Assembly: GCA_965153455.1 (NCBI GenBank)
Contig: OZ234493.1
Coordinates: 4,712,001-4,776,000, forward strand
Length of the DNA: 64,000 nucleotides
Source: Sphagnum compactum
Taxonomy: Eukaryota
Direction: 5' to 3'
The notes beneath the pieces were generated by a model. The model worked only from the letters and a program-made list of their open reading frames with translations. It was not told where the DNA came from and ran no database searches. Positions 40,945 to 54,494 of the stretch are shown here, piece after piece. The position numbers and the translations under genes were made by a program. The stretch's first letter is position 1, and every line of letters starts with the position of its first letter.

Positions 40945-41518
40945 TTGAATAGGATGTGTGTACTTGAACAAAAAAAACACATCCAAAAATTACTAAAAAA
41001 AATAGGAAAATAATTGTGTATCATACAAGAAAAAGGTTAAATGATTTCACCTTCCAATTCTTTAGCCCAATGCTAGTCTAACATTACCATTGGGCCAAAC
41101 CCTTTGCATTTGGATCTTTCAATGTGCCCCCCCCCCCCGCCACCCCCCCAAAAGTCAATGAACTTTCTCTCCATATTCAGTTGTTTAGTCTAATGGAGTG
41201 GTTTTGTGGCATATGACAACCACAACTTCATCACCATCCATCATGAAAAGGGATCCATAAAGTTACAAGCTTTTGCTGAGTTTTATACCATGATCAAATT
41301 CTTTCCTTACACTTTCAAAATCCAAGAATGGCTCTCACACATGATCTGGAATAGCAGTGCACATTTTCCTTTGTCATTGTATCACCAATGTTGTTTCATC
41401 AAGTGGCAAAGAAACAACAAATCAATTCATATGTAAACAAACAAATAGTAAAAATCAAGAAAAATGGAAAAATTGGATGCAAGTAATGTACATCCATTCA
41501 AACAATCTTCAAATAAAT

Positions 41519-41743
41519 TCAAATAATTGATGTACCATCAAGAGAATGCACAAAATAGTCATATTCTTCTATAATTAATTTCATTTTATCATTGTTTTGT
41601 ACCAAACCTCGCTTCATAATATTGATGTGTCTTTTAGAATCATTGTGATTTTGCATTTGAGTATGCCCATTGTAATAGACATTACATAAACAACATTTAT
41701 ATCTGATTACCTTAGGTTCATTGTCAAACAACCAATGAATCAT
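41519..41743 (-). pseudogene. Matrin/U1-type C2H2 zinc-finger fragment, copy 1
   Basis: YKCCLCNVYYNGHTQMQNHNDSKRH fits C-x2-C-x12-H-x5-H. Confidence 0.6.
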
Positions 41744-42169
41744 GTATTAGTCAAATGGATAATCATAAAGAATCAAAACAATTCAAGCTTTTCCAATGCA
41801 AGGAAACCAGATTTTTTGATATCTCAATGCATTAATCATATTTTAACCATGGAACATTTAACACATTATAACTACCAAAGCAATGGTGTTACAACCATCC
41901 TTTTACAAAAGATATAACATGATTAAATGTTACTACACATTTGATGTTCAAATAATGAGTGGAACTAGGATATTTACCATATAGTGAGGTGTTGGTCATG
42001 AATCACCTCTTTAGATGGCAAAGAGATAGTGAATGGAATCACATCTAAAGATGTGAAAAAAAAACATGTTAGGCAAACTTTTATAAATTCCCATTGTAAA
42101 TAAAGGCACAACAATCAAACAATTTAACTATAAATTAAAACAATAAATGTTTTTACATACCAATGGACT

Positions 42170-42360
42170 GGAAATAATAATCATATTCTTCTCCAATAAA
42201 TTTCATTTTATCTTCATTCAACATCAAACCTTTGTGCTTCATAATGTTTTTGTGTCATTTTGAATTGTTGTGGTCTTCAACTTAATAAGTCCATTTGCAA
42301 CAAACGTTACATAAAATGCATTTGTACCTAATTACCTTAGGCTCATTACAAACAACCAAA
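42170..42360 (-). pseudogene. Matrin/U1-type C2H2 zinc-finger fragment, copy 2 (with stops)
   Basis: Manual translation gives NEPKVIRYKCILCNVCCKWTY*VEDHNNSK*HKNIMK..KMKFIGEEYDY, a paralog of copy 1. Confidence 0.6.
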
Positions 42361-42498
42361 GACACAAATCATTTGAAAATGGCAAAATATGTTTGTTAAT
42401 TTAACCACGTGACCAATTTGAAGCCAATATTTGAACTACACAAATCATGTATTAGTTGAATGGACAATGATTAAAAGTCAAAACAAATCGTACTCCTC

Positions 42499-45400
42499 CA
42501 CTACAGCAAATTGCATGTTATCCCACTCCACATTCCACTTATGTTTGAATGGACTGTGCCAACTCCACTACAATGGAAAGCCCAAAGTGGAATGAAACAT
42601 TTTGAGTGAAATGTGTGAGTGGAATAAGTCACGTCGCCTCGAAGTGTAATGTTTTCAATGGAATGTGCCACAAATTTTAACAAATTACTTAATATTAATT
42701 TTTTTTAAAAATCATAATCTAAATTAAGTGCAACCACTCCAAAGTGGAATTTGCTTATTTAAAGCAGATTTTTTGCACAAGTTTCATTAGTGGAATTAGT
42801 GTCACCACTTTTTTCTAATGGAATAAGTGTTTGTGGAAAATTTTAAGGGAATATGATATTTGGCAATTAAAAAAACTTAGGTTAGTTTTTGGTGTATGCC
42901 TATAATATTGCCTATGCATTTTGCAAGTGGAGTTCATCACTATGCCTTGTATCACTATACCACCAATCAAATTAAAGGTCCTTTCTACTTAATGTCATGC
43001 ATCTTATACTCAAACAAGTGAAGGAAAGTTTCTATAAATTTATACCTCAAAAGTCCACTTATATTGCACAAATAAAATGAAAGCATGATCATGTAGCCCA
43101 AAACTATAAGTCCACTTATGCTACATGAGAAGGAAACATGGTCATGTAGTCCAAAAATTTGTAGAAGTCAACATGATGCAGAATTGTCCATGTCAAGTTA
43201 TACCATGCTAACTAATGTTGCCCATTGGTATACGCCTAATTGCTAGAATTCTTTAGCAACCACTTGCATTCCCATAGGATGTAGGTCTTTTTTGGCCACT
43301 AAAGAAACACATGCTTCATCCAAAGTCTGGACATTTGGGTTTCGCTTAAACTCCATAACCATGAGCTTGATGTTGAACTTATAGATCTTCGTCACCATGA
43401 CCATTTGCCTACCTAGCCCATACAATTATGCAAGTTGTTTCTAAACCCCTTGGATGCATGGTTGACACCTACAATGCCTTTTCCAACCACCATCCTCTTA
43501 AACTTGGGGTGAAAGATGTTGCATTTTGTGTCAACTTTCAATGGAGCCTACCACCACACACCCAAGAAAAAGCACAAATGCAAGTTATGTCATGAACACA
43601 ACATTCTAACACCACATACATCATCAAACCTAGCCCCAACTAATTAAATTGGAAAATAAATGCTCCAAGTACTCACATCATCAATTTAATTGTGGCACAC
43701 ATTGGCTAGACATAAGAACATTAGTATTGGTCAAGGGTTTTCCCTTGGGAAATTATTCATAAACATTCCAACTCAACTTGAACACCCTTGTGTCGGTTCC
43801 CAAACAGGTTGAATTGTTGGCAAGGGCGCTTGATACCCAACTATTTATATGTGTACGATTTGCTCCAATTGGTTCCTTCCCCTTTTCCACATTAGCCTTG
43901 AGTGCTCATGGCTTATTTCCTGTAGGTGGGATGTACCCACTATCAATTTAATTTTTGTACAACTAATGGGATGAACCTAAGGACCCACTAAAAACTAATT
44001 GATTTGTCTTCTATTTGGATTTAAATTATTAATTAATGTTAGTCTACTTTTTGGTAGTGGGGCCAAAATGTCACTAACCATGAAAACTTGATGTTGACTT
44101 GGTCTTGGCTATTAACCCAATCTTCTTTTGTCATAAATTGGGTTGAGGTTGACCATCAAGCACAATATCCTTGACATCAATAGTGGTATATTCCACCAAT
44201 TAGGTATTTAAGTCTTAGTTATCACATGGATGTGTGGGTCCATTCACAGTTGGGGTACCAAAAAGGGAAAAAAAACTTAATGACTTTTTAGAGCTACTTT
44301 TTACAAACAACATTACATGAAATAAACTTAAGTGAGAAAAATTGAATAGTCCAATATAAGATAATTCATGTGTTAATGGTGATTTTTCATAATCATAATT
44401 GTGTGTGAATATTTTAGTTTAATGTTAGAAATGCAAAAAATCCCAAAAAAACCCAAAATGAGTTTCAATGGACAACAAAACATGTTTTTTGGCATGTTTA
44501 TTTCTTTCACATGTGACCTACATTTAAAGCTAGACATTTTGAACCCATTGAACATAATTTCTTTATCAAATGGTTTTTTAAATTAGTCCTTTGTCTTGTA
44601 GCCCTTTTGTTCAAAATTTCAAGACTTTGAAATTTTTGAATGGTTTGGTTTTTCATGAAGTTCATCCAATGAACATGTACTTTCATCGAAGGGGGCATTT
44701 TTTTGTTGTACAAAAAATTTGAAATCAATTGTATGATTTTATGCCTTCCTTTTTATTACTTTTTAAAAAAATGTACTTTAAACACTTTATTCCTTTAGTT
44801 TATAGGACTCAAAAGGACATTAACATAGTATCCAGATTATCTTTGAATATTTTTATTAATTTAAGAAGACATCTTTTCATTTATTGGCATACAACAATCC
44901 ACTACACTCATAATAATGTAAGATAAACAAAAATCTAAAGTTGTCCTTTGTAGTCCTTTTTCAATTAGACAGTCCTTTTTGGTACCCCAATCGTGAAAGG
45001 ACCCATGTAACATATGTAGATAGTACCTCCATGTCTCCAGGTATTCTTGAGTCACTCCTACTATCATATTGAACCTTTGATTATGGATAGGGACTTCTTT
45101 GTGTTATGGTCTTGTCCTTTCCCTATACCAATGTTTATACCTTTCCACATTAATTTTGGATTTCGGTGGCAATTCTCCTGTAAAAAGAGCATACACAAGC
45201 CATTGATGTGCCTAAGACATCCAACATAAGGACCCACCATCAACATTATCTTAACAACTAAATGTCCTTACCTTCTTGGTGACATTGCCCATCAAATGCA
45301 ACACATTGATTTTGCTCAAAAACCCACCTACAATTTACTTTGGTGAACCTCACAACCCACCTATATTTTACTTTGGATCAACTTACATCCCACTTTGGAC

Positions 45401-47520
45401 CACTCAAGGTCCACATATAGCCCACCCAAACCTCATTGAAATGACACAAATTCTAAGCATTTCAACAATGTCAAAGTAAATTAAAATCAATGAAGATAAT
45501 TTTAGTTTGGTCCCAACTAGACCTATCAACATATCAACTATGAAGTGATCAATCAACCAATTAATGCATGAAGATGGCAACTACTGAAGTATTGTTTTGT
45601 CTAGTCACAACTTCCCTATTAAAGAAATATTGCTTCCACTTACAGCCCCACCTAATTTCCACTATGGTTTTGTTGATATTCCACCTATGTTTTCACTTTG
45701 GTTCCACTTACACATCATTTAAAGTTTACAACCCACTTTCACTCCATATGCATTACAATTTCCAACCACCCTATGTCCACCCACATTCCGTCTAAAGCTC
45801 ATTAAACTTCCAAACTTAGATCATGACACTTCAAAAATCTCCATGCTAAACAAACACTTGTTGATTATTTTAAGTTAGTCCAAACTAAAGGGATATACAA
45901 ATTGAAAACTAACCATACAATATCAAGACATGCCAAATATTACATCATGATACCAACTAAATGGCCTACCTTCTTAATGATAATTGCGCCACAAGGTCAA
46001 ACATTGGCACCATGACTTACACCATGTGGAACTACATTATTCCAATGTCACTTTACAAGTGTATCCCACCTAGTTTGACTTGGCACCATTTGCATTACAT
46101 TAGTATGGATCCATTATGAATTCCCATACATTCCACCCATACTAGCCCATCTGAATTCCCAACATTCTCCATGACTCTTTAATTCAACACTCTGGCTCCA
46201 CATAAATTCCACTTCAACTCCAACCAAATATTAAACTTTGAATCCACTTTGGCTAGGTGGTAGGCCTATATTCTATATATAAGGCTCATTGAACTTCCAA
46301 ATTTGGTGCATGAAACTTCAAGTATTATCTAGGTTAAACAAAAACCCATGTTGAAAATCCTACCTTATTGCCACAGGCTAGAAAGGCAAATCAATTTTTA
46401 TAATTGATCAATGGACATGCATGACACCACCAACTATTATACTAAGATATAACACCTAAACATGCCATGCTTTAATAATGATTGCTTCAAGTGTGACCAA
46501 GGTTGGTGGCACTTACACCCCACTTACAATCCACTTTGGCACCACCTTCATTTCATTATGGTTTCATGTCATTCCTAAACACATTCCAACTAGACCTCAT
46601 AAAACATATTTTAATAGGCTACAAGATACTTCAACATTGGTGCCACTCATACCCTACAAATGTATTCTAATAGGGTTTCACAAATGCATCCCACACTTAA
46701 ATTCACAATTAACACCACATGCATTGCACTTTGGCTCCACTCCACGGGTTCACCTACATTCTAGTGAATTGGTTCCAATTTGTCATCATTATAGCCTACC
46801 ATGACCACTTGATAGTGGAATGCTTTGATTATATTCCATTCTATCACCACCCACCACCAATCCCCTTGACTAGGCCTCAACCATGTAGTTTGACAATGAA
46901 TGCACTATTGGTTCCACCAAAATATCACACGTGTTATAACCTACCTTGCCCACTTCATAATGGAATGTAGATCAAGGATACATTCCACTTTTGCACTACC
47001 CACCACCTTGATGCATTTGACCATGCATGGACCATTGACACTTCAAGGTCAATCTACCATAAGCTTCCACAACAATATCATGCCAAACTTGTGGTCATTC
47101 CCACATGCCACTTGCATTCCACTCGAAACTCCATGGGCACACTTGATTTTCACTCTAGCCCCAACCAATGGACACCCATGTTAATCAAATTTTATTTCCC
47201 ACTTTAAAACTTGGTCCACTTGTATAATACAACCCCTACAACCTACCAAGCCCACTTTCACATTCCATTTGCCTAACTAAACATTACTTTATGCATTGAT
47301 ATAGGATACTTGTAAATTGGCACATTCCACTTCAATTTCATTTTTAATACAAGTAGCCCATCACTAGACACCATTAGGTTCCACAACAATATCATTCCAA
47401 GCTTGTGACCACTTCCACATCATTAGTTCACACATCCAAATTCCACTATATGGACCATTTGATCCCTTTGCATTCTACCAACATGCCATGTTGAGTTATT
47501 ACCACTATTACACTACCTAA
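42499..47520. mobile_element. CACTA element left end and body; right end not found
   Basis: Starts CACTACAGCAAA, followed by dense TTCCAC/GTGGAA repeats (42520-42850). CCAC-rich sequence recurs at 45400-47520. Confidence 0.5.
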
Positions 47521-48197
47521 TTGAATATGTCAATAAGACTTAAGAATTAGGCAAATTGTATCCCCATGGACAAAAGGACTTTGCACCTTATGGGCAAGCT
47601 TTATTTTTCTAAATTCATTCTATTTGTATTATTGTATTTTGATTCTTGTCACAATCTAAGGATGTTTTCCTTCTTCTTTTTTTATGTGTTGCACATTTGT
47701 AGTTCAATTTTGGATTGAAGTGTTTAATGATACTGTAAGAATGACAAGTTCTAAAGTTGATGTTATATTTGCAAAGTTCGTTAGTCTAATTGATGCATCA
47801 AAAGGAAACTTTGCATGTTTGTAATTTAAATTGTAACACCCTCCCTAGCTAGGGTCATTTAAGGTACCATGAACTTTGTTGGGTCAAGAGGCAGACAAAT
47901 GGGCATGGTTTCCATATTCATTGTTCATATGTGGTCATTCCATGGTTGAAATTACCTCACTTTCTAAATGACAAGTGTAATTGACTTGGTGAATAAATGC
48001 AATTTATTTTTCAAAAATGTACATAAATTCCACTTGGTTCATTTGAGGTATCTAGGATCAATAATTGTCTTTCAATGTCAACATATCATTGTGCATTTGG
48101 GCTTAAGGACAAATGGGTGTAAAATCTTATACTGGATCAATCGAAAAGTTAGCCCAGTGGATTGGCTGAGAAATTAGCCCTAAAAAGAACAAAATGA

Positions 48198-50099
48198 CAT
48201 TATGAAAAAAAAAGTGTTTTGCAACTCGCCTTACAACTCAATTTTTGAGTTACAAAAAACACTTGCCATTCACTATATTTATATGCTATGAGTGCTAACG
48301 GACAAGTCGTATGAGTTACAAAGTTACAACTCACTATATATACAGTGCAACTCATTGCAATTCAATTGCAACTCTATCAAAATAACTAATTTTCAACTAT
48401 TATGCAATTCCATTATAATTGCACCCATGATGTCATGTTAACGTCATTAATTGTCATCCATTTATTAAACTTGATACGTGGCATTATGAAGATTTTGGAC
48501 AAATTATTTTCTTTTCAAAATATTAATCTTCATCGTTCAATATGATTGTCAATGATTGTCTAAAATTATGACACGTGGCACAATAAAAAATTGCCACATG
48601 GCATATTAATTTTATTTTGGCAAAAATAAATAAATATAAAGATCTATTTTAGTAGTTAGGTAGGTTGTACATAACCATAGGTAGGTAGGTAATTTTCAAA
48701 ACCTACGTACCTACGTATTTACTTAAGACCTACTCATCTACCTACATAGGTAGGTAGAAAAATAGGACCTACTTATTTACCTAGGTAGGTAAGTAGGTAG
48801 GAAATCACAAGATTAAGTGAACTAAAAAATAACCATGAAATTGTTTTTTTAATTTTATGTTTTGCCTTTACGTTAAGCTTTTTTGAACTCATCCCAAAAT
48901 GGCACTTGTATTTTAATATGAGAATATAAGAGAACAAGCCTTCTTTATATAATTTATAACATGGGATACAAAGTCAAAGCATATGGGTTTAGTTGCAAAT
49001 TGAATTACAATTGAATTACAACTATAACACTTAAACACTCAGGGTAGGCCATATCCAAGGTGAGGGCTCCATTGTTTTTGGTGCCATAAAAAACTTGAAC
49101 CCCTCCTATTGGCGCATTTGGCACATTAAAAATCTTTGAAATCATAATAGAATTGACAAAGTTATGACCCTCCAAAGTAGAGGGGGTCAAGAACTCAAAA
49201 AAACAAACCACCCAACGTTACAAAGGCCAATTCCCAAACACCCAAAAAAATCTTTGTATGTTGTTTTGTTGCTATTAAAGTTTTAAAAAATCGTTTGGAA
49301 AACTTTAGGTGGTGTTTCTATAACATTTTAAATTGCTTAAAACGAATGGCAAATAAGAAAGTTATGAGGTTTGAAAGTAGGAGGGGTCCAAAGAGAGAAA
49401 AAAAGGAAAAAAACATGTTTTGTAAGTTAGAAATTTTATTTCTCTTCTTGTTACTTTTTCATTACTCCTTTTTGTTTACATTTCAAAGATGATTTCTAGA
49501 GCTTGAGGTAGCACTCCCATAACATATTAAATCATTCAAAATGAAACACATATGATGAATATGTATCCTTATTAAGTTATAATTAATTTTATTATAGTTA
49601 TAACATAGTTTAACAATAGTACTTTAGTAGTGGCGCACTAGTGACCATATTAATTGTATCAATGGGAATCACAATTGAAAACTAGTTGTAAATGTATCGC
49701 ATAATGGGTGGTGGAAATGTGGACATGTGGCATGATTGCATGTATATACATCGTACATTAATTACAACATAGTTATTGTTTTAATGACACATTTACAATA
49801 GTTCTAAAGTAGTTGCCACATGCAACTATAATGCAACTCTTGAAAAAGTTAAATTACATTTGTATGTACGATGTGTATAAATTACTGTATAGAAGACCCA
49901 TTTTCAACTCACTTGCAACTATAATACCATTAACTAATTTTCTGACATGACAATTTATTTATTGGTACGTTGTATTTCTAGGGGGATAATTACACATTAA
50001 TTGTAATACCCAAGGGATAGTTACATAATAATTGTATATGAGTTTTTTTAATTTAATTGCAAGGTAATGTGGTTTCGACATATGTAATTTCTCATAGTG
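48198..50099 (+). mobile_element. Non-autonomous CACTA element, family 1, copy B
   Basis: CATTATGAAAA...TCTCATAGTG, collinear with 4184-5460 plus about 650 bp extra. Flanks TGA/CAA are consistent with a CpG-decayed CGA TSD. Confidence 0.85.
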
Positions 50100-50815
50100 C
50101 AAGTTTACAAATAATCCATCAAGATTGGTTGTCAATGTGGCTTGAGGGTTGGGCAAAGCTATGTCACACTTGACCTTAAACTTTTACATTATTATTGCAT
50201 GGAAAATGTTGACTTGAACAAAGTGCTCCTTGTCATATGCATCAGGCCACAATGTTTATGGGTACCTGTTTGGAATATGTGCCGTGATCGGGGCACACCA
50301 TGAAAGATTGGATCATGGACAATCTTAGGTTTGGTTTATCAATTGCATATATCATGGGAAAACATGAGCAACACTACTTTGATGAAGACTTCATCGGAGA
50401 ATCATGGACTTCTACTCATTTTGTCCTCCCACATATATATTCACAACATTGTGGATTTATATGTTAGTTTGGAGTATAAACACCACAAGGATGTCACAAT
50501 TAGCATCAATGTTTGGGTGGATGCAAATTTTGTAAACTTTTTTCTTTCAACCAATAGCCACTTGGTTCAAAATCATCTAGCCTCAAATTTATTATTGACA
50601 TTCAAATTCCATATTAAAAAAAAAACTAATGTTGGATTTAAGGCATGAAAAGATTGTAGCTTGTGTTGCAACTTTTGGAACAAATGATAAGAATATATTG
50701 TTATTAATTTCCCTTCAATGCATCATTTTTACAAGATCAACATGGTCTCATTACAGTAATATGCGTCCAAGTTCACTGTGTGTTTCACTAGATTTTCAAT
50801 GAAATTGAACAAATT

Positions 50816-51539
50816 TACCGTGGTGAAAATGCCCAACCCCTTAATAAATGAAGACCAATTGCTACAAACATGTGAATTTAGTAGTAACTAATTGAATTCA
50901 CCAATAATTAATCAAATTCATTAATAATTAAATTATTAACAATACATTCACTAATAGTTAATTACAAACCTAGGCTAAACACTTAGGAACTTTCACTAAG
51001 CTACCTAACCTAAATTAAAAACCTAGCCCACTTAAACACTTAGCCCACCAACCTAGGGTGCAAGGGTGAAGGTTTGAACCTTTCACCCCTTCTCGCCTTC
51101 ATGTTTAAGGAACAAATCTTTATTAAACCACTATATAAATGAATGATATTATTTTGTTCACACATATTCTTATGCACATTATTTTTTACCCTAAGCTACT
51201 CTTGGATATTCTAAATTATTTTACCATACCTACTATTGTTGACTATCATAAATTTATTTTACGTATGTTATTATTAATTATTTTAGTGTAGGTTATTTTA
51301 CTATAGGTTATTCTTGGGTAAAACCAAGCTAATAGGAGCCAATTTTGGTGTAACCAATCATTGGTTTTGATGTTCATAAGTTTCATACACTAAGTTAATG
51401 TTGAAAGTATAGTTGTATTTATGTGAAACCCTTTCTAATATGTTAATTTAACATCTAGTGAAATTTAAAATTAATCCAATAAATATAAAATACCTTTTAG
51501 CACATTTTAAAGCCCATAACCAATTTTTTCAACACGGTG
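50816..51539. mobile_element. Small TIR element with CACCG-type ends
   Basis: Left TACCGTGGTGAAAA; right reverse complement CACCGTGTTGAAAA. Confidence 0.5.
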
Positions 51540-52114
51540 AAATAGTCTAAAAACATTGTTTAAACACCAGTATTCAACACTCCTTAGGACATTTCATCCA
51601 ATCCTATGCTATCACATCATCTTTTCAGGATTAGTCATAATGATTCAGGAGGTTGCCGTTGGTTCCTTTTAGCCTGTTTTTACCCTCTTGACTATTCTAT
51701 TGTAGGTTATTGTTAACTATTTTAAGTTATTTATCATAGACAATTTTTCGTTATTTTATCATAGGTTATTTTTGGCTACTCTAGGTTATTTTACTTTAGG
51801 TTATTATTAATTATTCTATCATAAGCTACCATTGGAAAGTTTAGGTTATTTTACCTTAAGTTATTTTGGACCACCAAATGGACCATGGATGATGTATATG
51901 GTCAACATATACATGTTCATCCTTTGACCATTAATATAAAATTTGTAACTAAATATTGGTTTTACAACTATTTTTACTACAATCAAATATTCACACATTA
52001 TTTGCCACATGTTTTAAATTACGGTAATTTTAAAACAATGATTTTAAATATTGAAATAATCCATACCATCTAATTTCAATGATTTGTGATGATGCCACTT
52101 GACAATACCAAAAT

Positions 52115-53400
52115 CCACCATGTGGCACTATGAGGAATTTTGGGTGAGAAATTTTTATTCTTCAAACAATGATCTTGGCTATCCATTATGAACATTCATT
52201 TTAGATAGTCTTAGATTATGACACGTCGCGCAATCAAAATCTGTCACATGTCATGTTAATTATATTTTGGAAAAAAAATCAAGTTAATATTTGTTCGAAT
52301 AAATAGGTAGGTAGGTACATAGGTCTATGTAGATAGTTACGTAAAATTAAGTAGGTAGGACATACTTACCTACCTAGGCTACATACCTACTTAATTATTT
52401 ACATAAATAAGTAATTGGAACTTATGTACTTCTCTATTTACCTAGGTAGGTATGTAGGTGGGCTAAAAAATAGCCATGTAAATATTTCATTTTATGGTTT
52501 GTTTCTAGGGTCAAAGTTCTTTGAGTTCATCCACAATGGTACATTTTTTTAATGTGAAAACATAAGAGAAAGCACCTTTGTTATATAATTTCCAAGATGA
52601 GATTGGAGGATAAAACATATGGGTTAAATTTTCTAATTGCATCTTAGTTGCAACCTTAGTTGCAACTAGGAATATTTTTCCATATGTTTTGTGTCTATTT
52701 TTTATTTAAAAAATAAAAAAATTTATAACTAAATAGGTAAATAGGAAACTAATAACTAATTAACTAGCTAATTAACTAATTAACCATCAACTAATTACTT
52801 ACCTACCTACCCGCTTACAAACTTACCTATTACCTACCATTCTTTAATTATTTAATTTTAGAAATAACATTCAATTTGAGTTATCAAATTATTTAATTCT
52901 TTAACTAATAATTGATAAACTATCTAATTTGATTAATTATTAAATAATAATAGGTACAAAATATTTGATATTAACTATTAAATTTTGAACTTATGAACTT
53001 ATTTAGTTGATAAATATCATTAAAAAAGATAATCAGTTTTAATTAATAATTAATATTAAGTAAATAATTTAACTCATGAATATTTAACTATTTAATATTT
53101 TATAGCACACTAACTATTAGTTAGTTTAATATTTATTAACCATAACTCTTGAATAGTAAACATTAATGATCAGATAATTAAATAAAAATAAGTAATTAAT
53201 AATTAACTTATTAATTAGTTATGTATAGTTTGTAGCTTGATTAATAGATTTAAATTTAAAAATTATCAAATGAATCAGTAAATATTGAATATTACATATT
53301 ACAATATCTAATTGATTAAATAATCAGATTAAATTATTAATTAACATATTTTAAAATATTTATTGATTATTCAGTATTAAGTTATTAAATATAATTTATG
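52115..53400 (+). mobile_element. Internal fragment related to CACTA family 1
   Basis: 52115-52690 aligns by eye with 48475-49000 and with the reverse complement of 20100-20720. It is followed by an AT-rich tract like 19250-20100. Ends not identified. Confidence 0.6.
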
Positions 53401-53837
53401 GTTGATGAACTTATTAAATAACTATATTATAATATCGTCATAATAAGCTTAACCCTCAAAATACATGGTCATCTATACTTATATACAAGAACAGAAATAA
53501 AAAATGATGACCACTAACTAACCAGTAAAATATAACTAATAAAGTTATTAAAAAATGTGAGAACTATGTACAACTACAGATTTAATAGCTTTGAATAACA
53601 ATTACAAATCACAAATCACCCCTTAACAGTTGGGCAGGTGATTATATATATATATTATATATTTTTTAAACACAAAAATTATGAATTTATTTTTAAGCTC
53701 AATATGATAGAGATTATGATGGTTGTATATTTTAGTCTAGCACAATGTGAATTTGGCCTGAATTACATAAGTTAGATCTCTACTTTTAGCACCTCATAAT
53801 GACTCAATATTGTAGAGTCTATGGTCAACTCCACCAA

Positions 53838-54293
53838 TCTACCTATGAGGCATCGTAGTTTGTTTTGTATTGTTTTGTTATGTTGAGATCTCCCAAACCA
53901 CGGTGTTTCATCCTGTGCTCTTGGCATCTTCAGAAAGCTCTTGATGAGTGGGGGTGCACTGACTTGGGTTGAGATTGTTTGGAGTTATGGTATGAAAGTT
54001 ATTGATTATTGAACCATTTTCTCAATGAAAATTAAACAAAATCGAATCTGAAAACTGTATTGGAATTGGGGGTGTTCTTGGTGTTGTTGGAAGGCCCTTG
54101 GTGAGCTAGATTTAATAGAGTTCATTTCACAATTTTCAGAGCTAAGGTGTGGATTTTCAGAGCTAAGATTATGATTTTTGAATGGATTGTGTTGCTGAAA
54201 AATCAAACAAATTGCAAAAATTGGGTTTGGAAGGAAAAATCAGTTGAGCCCTCAATGTGTTCACAATTGAGCCAACAGCACAGCCTACACTAG
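53838..54293 (+). mobile_element. Short non-autonomous Helitron
   Basis: A|TC 5' end (TCTACCTATGAGG) and CTAG|T 3' end preceded by a degenerate GC-rich stretch (GAGCCAACAGCACAGCC). No TSD. Confidence 0.65.
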
Positions 54294-54494
54294 TCTTATT
54301 TGAACTCATCATTTGAGGAGGATTTTTTTGGGTCATTAAAGTTTGTTACTTGGATTTTTTGGGGAGAAAACTTTGAATGCGCATGCTGCAAAGTCTCTCT
54401 CTCTTTGGACAGGAAACACTTTTTCCATGTATTCCTGTCCCATAGCTAACCATGGTTAATTATGTACTAATCATCCACGTGCATCTACCTATGT

